From positions 237-64,236 of the forward strand of contig JBHHYT010000001.1 in the NCBI GenBank assembly GCA_046757705.1: DNA of 64,000 bases. Reading direction: 5' to 3'. The DNA is from Thermodesulfobacteriota bacterium. Lineage in GTDB: Bacteria > Desulfobacterota > GWC2-55-46. The stretch's first letter is position 1; every line of letters begins with the position of its first letter. The position numbers and the translations under genes were made by a program. The notes under the pieces were generated by a model. That model did no database searches, was not told where the DNA came from, and saw only the letters and a list, made by a program, of their open reading frames with translations. Positions 1 to 9,004 of this stretch are shown in pieces.

Positions 1-1
1 A

Positions 2-631
2 GACGGCGTCGAAGCCCTTGTACCCGGCGAAGCTGCCGACTATGGCGCCGAGAAGGATAAGGAGCAGGCTTATGTGAGTGACATCCGAGCCGAGCCTGCC
101 TATCCTGCCCTTCCATGCGTAGAAGTGGTGCTCGCCGTTGTTGGACGAGGGCACCTCTGTGATGGCGAACCTCTTCTTCTTGAAGGCCTTTACGACCCTC
201 TCCCTTACGAAGGAGGCGCTCCCGTCCAGTGCGAAGCTCTGGTGGTTGGAGAACCTCTCGATGAGCTTCGCGTCGAACTTATCCGGCTTGTGGTTGAGAA
301 GCACCTTCCACTTGGGGGGGAACCTCTCGAAGGTGCAGACTATGATGTTGAGCGCGAGAGCGCCGAGCAGAGCGATGAACCACCACGAATGGAACAGGTC
401 GTTCAAGTGGAGCGTGATGATGAACTTCGTCCACTTCTCTCCATAGGCTTGAACGTAATCGCTCACCGGCTTGTTCTGCTCGACTATCGTCCCGAAGATG
501 GAGACGATCGCAAGCGTTAAGAGAACACCGAGCGTGAGCTTGAGCGAATTGAAAAAATACCATATTTTTGAGCCAACTACACGATACCAGGCCTTGCCGG
601 ACATACCCCTGCCACCTCTACTTTCAGGCAT
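2..631 (-). CDS. resB: Cytochrome c biogenesis protein ResB/CcsB (System II), N-terminal part; the gene runs off the left edge of the window
   Basis: Not in the ORF track because it has no stop inside the window. Hand translation of minus frame from ATG at 631 gives MPESRGGRGMSGKAWYRVVGSKIWYFFNSLKLTLGVLLTLAIVSIFGTIVEQ...LFHSWWFIALLGALALNIIVCTFERFPP with no stops to position 2. This matches the ResB N-terminus (IWNFFSS.K, SWW, CS.DR pattern). Alternative start at ATG 604, which has a GAGGTGG Shine-Dalgarno. Confidence 0.6.
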   Translation of the reverse strand, partial: MPESRGGRGMSGKAWYRVVGSKIWYFFNSLKLTLGVLLTLAIVSIFGTIVEQNKPVSDYVQAYGEKWTKFIITLHLNDLFHSWWFIALLGALALNIIVCTFERFPPKWKVLLNHKPDKFDAKLIERFSNHQSFALDGSASFVRERVVKAFKKKRFAITEVPSSNNGEHHFYAWKGRIGRLGSDVTHISLLLILLGAIVGSFAGYKGFDAV

Positions 632-1207
632 TTATTGTTTATCTTTGCCGCCGTTGTCTTTGAACTGCGCCAGGAAATCAGCGGCAGCCTTGCCGATCTG
701 GCTCTCCGGGTTCAAGGCGTTCGCCTTCTCCCAGGCGGTCTTGGCCCCCTCGAGATCCCCCATGCCGTAGGCCATAATAAAACCCTTCGTCAGCCAGATC
801 CTCTGGTGGTAAGGGTTCTTCTTGATACCTTCATTTATGTAGCGCAGCGCCTCGGACGAGTTGCCCATGTAGTGCTGAGAGAGACCCAGGTCGTTATACA
901 CGTCGGTCTCGTTCGGTTTTACCGCTATGACCTTCTTGTAGTATTCGCTCGACTCCGCGAACTGCTTGGACTCGAAGTATACGTCAGCGAGCCGCCAGAG
1001 TATGTCCGCGTCATTCGGGTCTTCCTTGAGCCGCGCCTTCAGGTCGTCTATAAGGGCGGTGCTGTTTACCTGCGGGCCTGCGGCGGGCGCGTTCACGCCA
1101 CCGGTGGCCGTCTTCCGGGTATCGTCCGACTTCGAACAGCCCGCCAGAAGCGGCAGTGCCAGGGCCGCCGCCACGGCCGCCCCGACTATGTAATTTTTAA
1201 TGCTCAC
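632..1207 (-). CDS. TPR-repeat lipoprotein
   Basis: 191 aa. Signal peptide with lipobox LLAGC. Repeated TPR-like helices (ADVYFESKQFAESSEYYKKVIAVKP, NDLGLSQHYMGNSSEALRYINEGIKKNP). GTG start with GGAGG Shine-Dalgarno 7 nt upstream. Stop abuts the resB ATG. Confidence 0.6.
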   Translation of the reverse strand: MSIKNYIVGAAVAAALALPLLAGCSKSDDTRKTATGGVNAPAAGPQVNSTALIDDLKARLKEDPNDADILWRLADVYFESKQFAESSEYYKKVIAVKPNETDVYNDLGLSQHYMGNSSEALRYINEGIKKNPYHQRIWLTKGFIMAYGMGDLEGAKTAWEKANALNPESQIGKAAADFLAQFKDNGGKDKQ

Positions 1208-1249
1208 GAAACCCCTCCATATGCCTTGACCGACTTAAAAACATCCTTG

Positions 1250-1705
1250 TTACATCCTCTGCTGCCTTATCCTTGAAAACTTCTCGTCAACGGCCTTCCT
1301 GATGGCGAGCACGTCCTTGCCCTGTTCATGCAACCGTTTTGCCATTAGGGCCTCGTTTATGCAGATGTCGCAGTAGGCGGCGTGTTCGTTGGTGTAGCAG
1401 GTGAGCAGGCTCTTGTGGTTCATGTGCTTCTTGCAGTCGCAGTAGCAGTAGAGGCTGTCAAGCACCTCCGGCATCTCCCTGGCGACCTCGTAGGCCGTGG
1501 CGGTCTCGGCGTAGAAGTTGGCCGGAGAGAGGGTCGGCCTTGTCTCGCCCCCCCTCATGGAAGCGGCGTCCACGCGCCCGGAGCTTTCCTGCGAGCAAGA
1601 GGCGAGCGTGAGGACGGCCAGAAAAGCCAGAACGAGCATTGCGCCGGATGAATACCTCGAAAATTTCCCTTTTGATTCCAACATATTTGTCCGTCCTCCA
1701 GGCAT
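1250..1705 (-). CDS. Cys-rich lipoprotein with CYCDC motif (PCYCGC-family-like), function unknown
   Basis: 151 aa. Signal peptide with lipobox LASC. Motif LYCYCDCKKHMNHKSLLTCYTNEHAAYCDICINEA resembles the PCYCGC domain family (recalled from memory, not checked). Confidence 0.4.
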   Translation of the reverse strand: MPGGRTNMLESKGKFSRYSSGAMLVLAFLAVLTLASCSQESSGRVDAASMRGGETRPTLSPANFYAETATAYEVAREMPEVLDSLYCYCDCKKHMNHKSLLTCYTNEHAAYCDICINEALMAKRLHEQGKDVLAIRKAVDEKFSRIRQQRM

Positions 1706-1860
1706 GTAATATTCCCAAAAATATCGTCAAGACATATTAACAAAGAAGTATTAAAACATTATTAAGATTGTATTAGTTATTCCTTAACCATGCCCTTCCC
1801 GGAAGTTTCAGACGCCTATCTTTTATCGGATTTTCCGCCGGTTCCTTGAGCGTTTCATCT

Positions 1861-1905
1861 AAAAAAAACGCACCCGACCTCAAACCGGGCGCTCCGGGTG
1901 GTAGG
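1861..1905 (-). terminator. Rho-independent terminator after rnfB
   Basis: Minus-strand RNA CACCCGGAGCGCCCGGUUUGAGGUCGGGUG hairpin (CACCCG/CGGGUG stem) followed by CGUUUUUUUU. It lies about 90 nt downstream of the rnfB stop. Confidence 0.5.
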
Positions 1906-1992
1906 TCTGTGCGCTAAGGGGTCGGAGTTTGTAAGGGATGCGGTTGGCCGGTTTCGATGAGTGACGATCCGAGAGGCCCGTTATATGGGATG

Positions 1993-2850
1993 TCAGCCCG
2001 TCTTTTTCCTTGATGAGGCGTAGAAACTCTCCCGTGTGATGCGCTCCTCGATGCCGGAGAGAATGCATTTGGTGGGGCACCTCTTCGTGGCCTCGTCGTT
2101 CTGCGGAGCGAGGTCGTAGTTGACCGTGGCGAGGTTGTCCTTTATGGTGATGCCTCCTTCCACCGGGCAGTCCTTGACGCACAGCGTGCACGCTATGCAC
2201 GCCACGCTGCAGACCTTCTTCGCGTGCGGGCCTTTGTCCCGGCTCCTGCAGTAGACGAATAGCTTGTGGTCCTCCGGGTGCATCTCGATGATGTTGCGCG
2301 GGCACGCCCTGGCGCACGCCCCGCACCCGACGCACTTGTCGTAGAATACGACCGGCAGGCCGTTGTCATCCATCGCCATGGCGTCGTACCTGCAGGCGTC
2401 CACGCACTCGCCGTAGCCGAGACATCCGTAGGTGCACGCCTTGTCACCGCCGGTGATGTTCGAGGCGGTGCACGTCATATCGCCCTCGTATGTGCCGTTC
2501 CTCTTGGCCTCGGCGTGGCCGCCCTTGCAGAGCACGACGGCGAGTATCCTCTTGTGCTCGGCCGCCTCAACGCCGAGAAGCTCCGCGAGCCTCACGGCCG
2601 TGTCCGCGCCTCCGGCCACACAGGCGTTCGGCGGGGCCTCGCCCTTCAGGAGCGCCTCTGCCAGCAGGGCGCACCCGGGGTATCCGCATCCGCCGCAGTT
2701 TGTGTTCGGCAGCGTATCGGTGATGGCGTGCAGGCGGGGGTCCTCCTCGACCTTGAGCTTCTTGTCGGCAAAGGCGAGGAAGAGGGCGAACGCCGCTCCG
2801 AGCCCGCCCATCGCCGCTATAGATATTACGAGTGTACCGCTTACCAGCAT
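1993..2850 (-). CDS. rnfB: Rnf electron-transport complex subunit B (polyferredoxin)
   Basis: 285 aa. N-terminal TM helix. CGGCGYPGC 4Fe-4S motif. Multiple CxxCxxCxxxCP ferredoxin motifs (CVGCGACARACP, CIACTLCVKDCP). Last gene of the rnfCDGEAB order. Confidence 0.85.
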   Translation of the reverse strand: MLVSGTLVISIAAMGGLGAAFALFLAFADKKLKVEEDPRLHAITDTLPNTNCGGCGYPGCALLAEALLKGEAPPNACVAGGADTAVRLAELLGVEAAEHKRILAVVLCKGGHAEAKRNGTYEGDMTCTASNITGGDKACTYGCLGYGECVDACRYDAMAMDDNGLPVVFYDKCVGCGACARACPRNIIEMHPEDHKLFVYCRSRDKGPHAKKVCSVACIACTLCVKDCPVEGGITIKDNLATVNYDLAPQNDEATKRCPTKCILSGIEERITRESFYASSRKKTG

Positions 2851-2963
2851 CTTCTATCTCTCCCGGGGCCGGCGGCCCCGCACAAGGCCGGGATCTCCCC
2901 GTCCTTCCCTATATCTTACCACAGACGCGCCCCCGTTTTAAAGGCCGGAGGCCACGGCTCAAG

Positions 2964-3542
2964 TCATCCCCTTATGAGCCCCGCGAAGCCCATGAAGGCA
3001 AGCGCCATCATGCCCGCCACAATGAGCGTTATGGATACACCCTGAAAAGGCTTCGGCACGTCCGCGAACTCGAGCTCTTCCCTTATGCCCGACATCATGA
3101 CTATGGCCAGTGTGAAGCCCACGCCCGTGCCGAAGCCGAAGATGATGGACTCCATGTAGTTGTAATCCCGCAATACCATGAAGAGCGCGAGGCCCAGGAC
3201 GGCGCAGTTGGTGGTGATAAGCGGCAGGAATATGCCGAGCGCCCGGTACAGGGTCGGGCTCGACTTCTTTATATACATCTCCACGAGCTGCACGAGCGAG
3301 GCGATGACGATGATGAACGCCACGTACTCGAGGAACGGTACGTTGAACCTCAGCAGTATGTAATGGTATATAGGCCACGTGGCCGCCGCCGTAAGGGTCA
3401 TGACGAAGGTCGTGGCCATGCCCATGTTCAAGGCGTTCTCGGTCCTGTTCGAGACGCCCACGAACGGGCAGATGCCGAGGAAATAGGTCAACACGAAGTT
3501 GTTTATGAGCGATGCCGATATGAAAACCATTATGAGCTTCAA
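2964..3542 (-). CDS. rnfA: Rnf complex subunit A
   Basis: 192 aa polytopic membrane protein. N-terminus LINNFVLTYFLGICPFVGVS aligns to E. coli RnfA [21 protein letters not shown]. TTG start with GGAGA Shine-Dalgarno. Confidence 0.9.
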   Translation of the reverse strand: MKLIMVFISASLINNFVLTYFLGICPFVGVSNRTENALNMGMATTFVMTLTAAATWPIYHYILLRFNVPFLEYVAFIIVIASLVQLVEMYIKKSSPTLYRALGIFLPLITTNCAVLGLALFMVLRDYNYMESIIFGFGTGVGFTLAIVMMSGIREELEFADVPKPFQGVSITLIVAGMMALAFMGFAGLIRG

Positions 3543-3582
3543 CGTACTCTCCTGATAGACCCTTGATTAAATAAGGCCATCC

Positions 3583-4215
3583 CTAAACGCTTGTGCCTGA
3601 CGCGGCCTTCTTGCTCGATATGTAGTTTACGAGCGCCACGAGACCGCCGAGGACGAGGAACGCCCCGGCGGGCAGTATCATCACTATCCACGGCTCGAAC
3701 CAGCTGCCGAGAATCTTGAAGTTCAATATCGAGCCGAAGCCGAGGAGCTCCCTTATGACGCCCATGAGCGTAAGGCTCAAGGTAAAGCCTATCCCTATGC
3801 CGAGGGTGTCCATGGCGGTAGGCAGTATCGGGTTCTTCTGCGCGAAGGTCTCCGCCCTGCCGAGTATTATGCAGTTGACGACTATGAGCGGCACGTACGG
3901 GCCGAGCGCCTTGGATATCGGCGGGAAGAACGCCGCCAGAAAGAGGTCGGCCACCGTGACGAGGAAGGCTATGATGACGATGTAGGCCGGTATCCTGACC
4001 TGTGAGGCTATGAGCCGCCGCACCCCGGAGATGATGAGGTTGGAGGTAAAGAGCACGAAGAGCACCGCGAGGCCCATGGAAAGGCCGTTCAACGCGGAGT
4101 TCGTGACGGCGAGCGCCGGGCACAGGCCGAGCACGAGCCTGAACGGGGGCAGGTCCTGCCAGAGCCCCTTCTTGAACTCGTATGAGAGCGAATGTGTGTG
4201 CTTGCCTTCCGCCAT
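3583..4215 (-). CDS. rnfE: Rnf complex subunit E
   Basis: 210 aa. LVLGLCPALAVTNSALNGLSMGL and LIVVNCIILGRAE are RnfE/NqrD-family hallmarks. Confidence 0.9.
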   Translation of the reverse strand: MAEGKHTHSLSYEFKKGLWQDLPPFRLVLGLCPALAVTNSALNGLSMGLAVLFVLFTSNLIISGVRRLIASQVRIPAYIVIIAFLVTVADLFLAAFFPPISKALGPYVPLIVVNCIILGRAETFAQKNPILPTAMDTLGIGIGFTLSLTLMGVIRELLGFGSILNFKILGSWFEPWIVMILPAGAFLVLGGLVALVNYISSKKAASGTSV

Positions 4216-4232
4216 TCTTCTACCCGTAATTA

Positions 4233-4904
4233 TTATGGCCGTGTTTCGGCCGCGGCCCCGCCGCCCTGGTCACCTGCAGGGCGCTCTTCATCCGCGTGCC
4301 CCGCGTCCTCCGCTTTACTCTTGCGCTCGCGCTTTTTCAGCACCTCCGCTGCGGGGAACTCCTTTAAGAACTTGTCTATCGCCCGGTTGAGGTTCTTTAC
4401 CACCGAGTCCGAGGATATCGTGGCGCCAGTTATGGCCTGGATCTGGTTCGGCTTCTGTGGCTTGCGGTTCTTAATGTACTCTATCCGGGGCCGCACCTCA
4501 ACCCCTTTGAACTGGTCCTGGAACGCGGGCTCGCCTATCCTGTTGCCGAGCCCCGGGGTCTCGAGCTGCTCGAGCACCTTTATCCCCTTGAGCCTCAGGT
4601 AGTCCACGCCGAGGCCGACCATGATGACTATCTTGCCCTGAAAGCCGTTTCCCTCCGCCTTGAAGGCGATGCCGACGGGCTCGCCCTCGGCGTCCAGCCC
4701 CTCGTAGACCGTAAGGGTCTCCTTGCCCACGGTCTTTTCGATCACCTCGTAGTCCCTCGCCTCCGGCAGGACCACGAAGATGGACTCCTTGAGCTCCTTC
4801 TCCTTGTTGGCCTGGATAAGGGGGTTCGCAACGCCGTAGATAGCAGCCAGCAGCCCACCGGCGAGCGCGCCGATGAGCGTCAGGTTGAGAAACATTTTAA
4901 ACAT
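4233..4904 (-). CDS. rnfG: Rnf complex subunit G (FMN-binding)
   Basis: FMN-binding region GFQGKIVIMVGLGVDYLRLKGIKVLEQLETPGLG and ITGATISS. Start set at the internal ATG (MFKMFLNL..., N-terminal TM). The track ORF extends to a TTG at 4985. Confidence 0.8.
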   Translation of the reverse strand: MFKMFLNLTLIGALAGGLLAAIYGVANPLIQANKEKELKESIFVVLPEARDYEVIEKTVGKETLTVYEGLDAEGEPVGIAFKAEGNGFQGKIVIMVGLGVDYLRLKGIKVLEQLETPGLGNRIGEPAFQDQFKGVEVRPRIEYIKNRKPQKPNQIQAITGATISSDSVVKNLNRAIDKFLKEFPAAEVLKKRERKSKAEDAGHADEERPAGDQGGGAAAETRP

Positions 4905-5018
4905 GTTGTTCAAGCCGTAAGACCCCCGCTTCTTATAATATGGCCGGCGCCATGGGCCCCGCAACGACGAGCCAGGGAGCAACAAAGGTATGCGAAGTTA
5001 TAACGCTCTGCCCCATAT

Positions 5019-6026
5019 TCATTTAGCCTTTGAATTGGCCCCGAAGACCCTCGGGCGCGTGTGCTTGTTGATAAGCGGCACAAAGGCGTTCATGAAAAGT
5101 ATCGAGTACATGACGCCCTCGGGCAGCCCCCCGAAGAGCCTTATCACCACCGCCATCACCCCGGCGCATACGACGAATATCCACTGCCCCAGCGCCGTTA
5201 CGGGGCTGGTGACCATGTCGGTCACCATGAACCACGCCCCGAGCATCGCGCCACCCGCGAGGAGGTGGAAAGCGGGGCTAGGGTACTTCGCCGGGTTGGC
5301 GAGCCAGAAGATCGCGGAAAAGACGGCTATGGTGCCGAGGTACCCGATCGGCAGCTTCCAGTTTATGTACCCCTTGTACCTCAGGAAGAGCCCGCCGATG
5401 AGCAGGGCTATGACGGAGGTCTCCCCGAGGGAGCCGGCGGTATTCCCTATGAGGAGGTCGACAAGGGGGGTCAGGTGCTGTTCGAACTTCATGGACGCGA
5501 GCGGGGTCGCCGCGGTGACCGCGTCCACGGCCGCCGCCACCGTGCGGGGCGCGACCCAGGTCGTCATCATGACGGGGTACGTAGCCATCAGGAAGGCCCT
5601 GCCGAGCAGGGCCGGGTTGAATATATTGTACCCGAGGCCGCCGAAGAGCTGCTTGCCTACGCCGATGGCGAAGAACGACCCGAGTATGGCGCCGAATACG
5701 GAGAAACCGGGGGGCAGCGTCATGGCCAGAAGTATGCCGGTGATGATGGCGCTGCCGTCGTGTATCTTGATGGGTTTCCTGCGCGCCCTCTGGAAGCCGT
5801 ACTCCGTGAGAAGGCACGTCCCGATGCAGACGACGTACAGCAGGACCGCCCTCAGCCCGAAGTAATAGACGGAGGCGGCCATGGCCGGAAAAAGGGCCAT
5901 AACGACCGTATGCATTATCTTCGGGACCGACTCGTCGGTAAGAAAATGCGGGGAGGAGGATATTATAAGCCTTTCGGACGGCCCTGCCGGGGCCTCCTGA
6001 GCGTTCCCTGTAGCGTTCTCCTGCAT
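5019..6026 (-). CDS. rnfD: Rnf complex subunit D
   Basis: 335 aa polytopic membrane protein. SSPH motif near the N-terminus. GGLGYNIFNPALLGRAF and FMVTDMVTSP are typical of RnfD/NqrB. Confidence 0.9.
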   Translation of the reverse strand: MQENATGNAQEAPAGPSERLIISSSPHFLTDESVPKIMHTVVMALFPAMAASVYYFGLRAVLLYVVCIGTCLLTEYGFQRARRKPIKIHDGSAIITGILLAMTLPPGFSVFGAILGSFFAIGVGKQLFGGLGYNIFNPALLGRAFLMATYPVMMTTWVAPRTVAAAVDAVTAATPLASMKFEQHLTPLVDLLIGNTAGSLGETSVIALLIGGLFLRYKGYINWKLPIGYLGTIAVFSAIFWLANPAKYPSPAFHLLAGGAMLGAWFMVTDMVTSPVTALGQWIFVVCAGVMAVVIRLFGGLPEGVMYSILFMNAFVPLINKHTRPRVFGANSKAK

Positions 6027-6125
6027 CGGTCTCCCTTTGACGTTTTTTTATGGAAACAACGGCCCCTGCCTGTCAACCGCCCGTTGCACGTCGCCGCCCC
6101 TGCCCGGCGGCGAACGGGGCCCGGC

Positions 6126-7466
6126 CTATTTGGCGGCAGCCGCCGCCATTGCCTGCTGCTCCCTCGCCTTGAGCTTGCCTATCCTTATCCACTGAAGAAG
6201 CGGCCTCTTCGACGGGCAGACGTACGAACAGCACCCGCACTCGATGCAGCTCAGCCCTTCCCATGACTTGAACTCCGCGACCCTGTGGACGCGTCCGTAG
6301 TCTCCGAGCCTGTAGGGCATAAGCCCCATCGGGCACGCATCCACGCACCTGGCGCACCTTATGCACGCCTCGTAGGAAGACGGCTTTATCGACCCGGAGA
6401 ATATGACGGTAATGCCCGAGGTGCCCTTGATGACCGGAACCTCGAGCGTAGACTGCGCGATGCCCATCATGGGCCCACCGTTGAGGACCTCGTACTCGCC
6501 CTGCCCGGATATGCCGCCGCACTGGGCGAGCACCTCGGCAAAGCTCGTGCCTATGCGCACGCGCAGGTTCCTGGGCTCCCTTATGCCGTTGCCGCTTACG
6601 GTCACGACCCTGTCTATGAGCGGCTTGCCGAAGTTTATCGCCTCGTAGATGGCCGCGGCCGTGCCGACGTTGTTCACCACGAAGCCCACGTCGAGCGGGA
6701 GCTTGCCCGTGGGCACCTTCCTGCCGAGCGCGGCCTGGATGAGCATCTTCTCCGCGCCCTGAGGGTACTTCGCCTCGAGCACGATGATGGAGACATCGGG
6801 CGCGGAGCCTATGGCCTTTTTGAGCGCCTCGATGGCGTCCGGCTTGTTCTCCTCTATGCCTATGTAGCCGCGCGAGGCGCTCGTGGCCCGCATGAGTGCG
6901 CGCAGGCCCCACACTACCCTGTCAGGCACCTCCAGCATTATCCTGTGGTCGGCGGTAAGGAAGGGCTCGCACTCGCAGCCGTTGAGTATCACGGCCTCTA
7001 TGACCTTCCCCTTGGGGGGAGAGAGCTTCACGGAGGTCGGGAACGCCGCGCCTCCCATGCCCACTATCCCGGCGTCACGTATGGCGTCTCGCAACGACTC
7101 CGGGGGCATGGAGGAGGGGTCGGCCTCGGCGCCCTTGAGCTTCCACTCCCTGGATGTGCCGTCGCCCTCTATCGTTATGGCAAGCGTCCTCATGCCGCCC
7201 GGGTGCGCGGCGGTATCTATGCTCTTGACCTTTCCGCTGATAGAGGCGTGAATGGGGGCGGAGACGAAGGCCTTTACGTCCGCTATCTTCTGGCCTTCCT
7301 CCACGGCGTCGCCCCTTTTCACGAGCGGCTCGCATGGAGCGCCCGCGTGCTGGCGCAGGGGTATCGTGACGGTCTGCGGAAGCGCGGCGGCGGCCACGGC
7401 CTTGGACGAGGTAAGCTCTTTGTAATAAGAGGGGTGTATGCCCCTGTTGAATGTCTTGTGTCCCAT
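6126..7466 (-). CDS. rnfC: Rnf complex subunit C (NADH-binding, 2x[4Fe-4S])
   Basis: 446 aa. GMGGAAFPT nucleotide/FMN motif. CIRCARCVDACP and CIECGCCSYVCP ferredoxin motifs. C-terminal Ala-rich tail. Confidence 0.9.
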   Translation of the reverse strand: MGHKTFNRGIHPSYYKELTSSKAVAAAALPQTVTIPLRQHAGAPCEPLVKRGDAVEEGQKIADVKAFVSAPIHASISGKVKSIDTAAHPGGMRTLAITIEGDGTSREWKLKGAEADPSSMPPESLRDAIRDAGIVGMGGAAFPTSVKLSPPKGKVIEAVILNGCECEPFLTADHRIMLEVPDRVVWGLRALMRATSASRGYIGIEENKPDAIEALKKAIGSAPDVSIIVLEAKYPQGAEKMLIQAALGRKVPTGKLPLDVGFVVNNVGTAAAIYEAINFGKPLIDRVVTVSGNGIREPRNLRVRIGTSFAEVLAQCGGISGQGEYEVLNGGPMMGIAQSTLEVPVIKGTSGITVIFSGSIKPSSYEACIRCARCVDACPMGLMPYRLGDYGRVHRVAEFKSWEGLSCIECGCCSYVCPSKRPLLQWIRIGKLKAREQQAMAAAAAK

Positions 7467-7735
7467 AGCTCTTAAAGGAGTGGAGATTGGATACTATTTT
7501 CAGCCGTCTTTATCAAGGGGAATCCTCGCCCCCGGGACGGACAACGCCCCCCCGTGTGTTGGCCCGGTTCCCTGGCGGCCGGGATAAAAAAAACCGCCAT
7601 GGCGAGACACCGGTTTTTCATAAGAAAAACTGGCTCTTGCCCAGACGGTCGGCCGGTCCTTATTCGTCTTCCGCTCCCCAGTGGTGACCACCTTGATTCC
7701 GTCAGTTACGGAAGAATTTTGTCACATATTTTTGT

Positions 7736-7765
7736 ATATTAGCTTTAAAAATACGACGATGTCAA
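7736..7765 (-). promoter_or_regulatory. Candidate sigma-70 promoter upstream of rnfC
   Basis: Minus strand TTGACA-N18-TAATAT, located about 270 nt upstream of the rnfC ATG. Sequence inspection only. Confidence 0.3.
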
Positions 7766-7930
7766 GGATTTTATTATAACAATCGTAATCGGCGAAAAGG
7801 GCGGAAAAAGGGGGGTTCTCCGGGGCGGAAAAGGGGGGTGGTCTACGTCCTATACCAGCGGCCCTCCGAGGGGCATGCCCCGGTTCAGATCTCTACCCCC
7901 TCCCAAACAACGCCCTCGCGCCATCGACCG

Positions 7931-8995
7931 CTACCGCCCCCGGGGCATCTCGTCGATGCGCGCCTTTATCTCGAGCGTCTTGGCGTCCCTTATGACCCGG
8001 ACCGTTACGACTGAGCCCAGATCGAGGGTGTCCATTATGTCGTTGAAGTCCTCCATCGTGGCTATCGTATGGCCGTTTACCGCCGTTATCATGTCCCCTC
8101 CCACGGAGACGATGACGTTGCCGATCCTGACGTTTCCCGTAGAGCCACGCAGCCCCGCCCTGGCCGCCGGGCTGCCCTCGTAGACGTCAGCTATCAGCAC
8201 GCCGGGGGTGTCGAAGCCGAGCAACTTTGCATCCTTGGCGCCGATGTTCTGCCCGGCTATGCCGAGCCACGGCCTCGATACGTAGCCCTTCGCCAGGAGC
8301 GGGCCGAGCGCCTCCTTGACGGTGTTCACGGGTATGGCGAAGCCTATGCCAACGGAGCCGCCCACCGGGCTGAATATGGCGGTATTGACGCCTATGAGCT
8401 CGCCCGCGCCGTTAAGGAGCGGGCCGCCCGAGTTGCCGGGGTTTATGGCCGCGTCGGTCTGGATGATGCCGCGCATGAGGCGTCCGTTTACGGCCCTCAT
8501 GGTCCTGTTCAGAGAGCTGATTATCCCCACGGTAAGGGTCTTGTCGAGGCCGAAGGGGTTTCCGATGGCGAGCACCTTCTGCCCGACCTTCAAGCCGGCC
8601 GAGTCCCCGAACTTCACGGACTTGAGCTTCTCCGGCGGGGCCTTTATCCTGAGCACGGCCAGGTCCCGTCCGGGGTCGATGCCAATGAGCGTGCCCGCGT
8701 ACCGCGAGCCGTCGAAGAGCGTCACCTCGAGGCCCTTCGCGCCCTCTACCACGTGGTAGTTGGTGAGTATGTGCCCGTTGCGGTCTATCATCACGCCCGA
8801 GCCGGAGCCGTCGGGTGCCGCGGTGCTGGCGATGTTGACCACGGAGGGGGCTGTACGGCTGTAGACAGAGATGTTCTGCTCCTCGTCGGTAAGCGCGTAG
8901 GAGCGCGCCGGGGAGATAAAAAAGGCGAGCAGGAGCAGGGCCAGCGGCCCGGCAAGCGGGAGTATCTTCGAAAGGTTTCTGTAAGGAGATGCCAT
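7931..8995 (-). CDS. htrA: Periplasmic serine protease HtrA/DegP/DegQ family (trypsin domain + PDZ)
   Basis: 354 aa. Signal peptide. Catalytic-triad context HILTNYHVV, DLAVLRI, GNSGGPL. C-terminal PDZ-like region. Confidence 0.85.
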   Translation of the reverse strand: MASPYRNLSKILPLAGPLALLLLAFFISPARSYALTDEEQNISVYSRTAPSVVNIASTAAPDGSGSGVMIDRNGHILTNYHVVEGAKGLEVTLFDGSRYAGTLIGIDPGRDLAVLRIKAPPEKLKSVKFGDSAGLKVGQKVLAIGNPFGLDKTLTVGIISSLNRTMRAVNGRLMRGIIQTDAAINPGNSGGPLLNGAGELIGVNTAIFSPVGGSVGIGFAIPVNTVKEALGPLLAKGYVSRPWLGIAGQNIGAKDAKLLGFDTPGVLIADVYEGSPAARAGLRGSTGNVRIGNVIVSVGGDMITAVNGHTIATMEDFNDIMDTLDLGSVVTVRVIRDAKTLEIKARIDEMPRGR

Positions 8996-9004
8996 AGTAG
9001 ACGG

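Noticed and set aside
74-563. Track ORFs 74..520 (+), 138..446 (+) and 279..563 (-) as genes at the left edge
   Set aside because: A different minus-strand frame, open from 631 to the window edge, translates to a clear ResB/CcsB N-terminus. The listed ORFs are overlapping alternative-frame artefacts typical of high-GC DNA.
4905-4985. N-terminal 27-aa extension of RnfG from a TTG at 4985 (MLLPGSSLRGPWRRPYYKKRGSYGLNN)
   Set aside because: The extension is basic and low-complexity and lacks a Shine-Dalgarno. The internal ATG gives the expected N-terminal TM helix and typical RnfG length. The same reasoning applied to track extensions of mlaE, the GT9, the lytic transglycosylase and cysH.
5061-6266. 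Long antisense or alternative-frame ORFs across coding regions (for example 5061..6266 +, 8069..9481 +, 17008..18384 -, 19959..20828 -, 42484..44133 -, 48016.. extension, 6285..7475 +)
   Set aside because: Each is antisense to or out of frame with a gene that has strong family-level motifs. Their translations are low-complexity Arg/Gly/Pro/Ala-rich, as expected from GC-rich third positions opening spurious frames. None has a recognisable domain.
7800-7845. Short tandem repeats (GGGCGGAAAAAGGGGGG x2; CGCAAATCGCCCC x2 at 61718-61745) as CRISPR arrays
   Set aside because: Only two units each, with no spacer structure, no repeat length of 24-48 nt and no cas genes. Treated as promoter-region or REP-like repeats instead.
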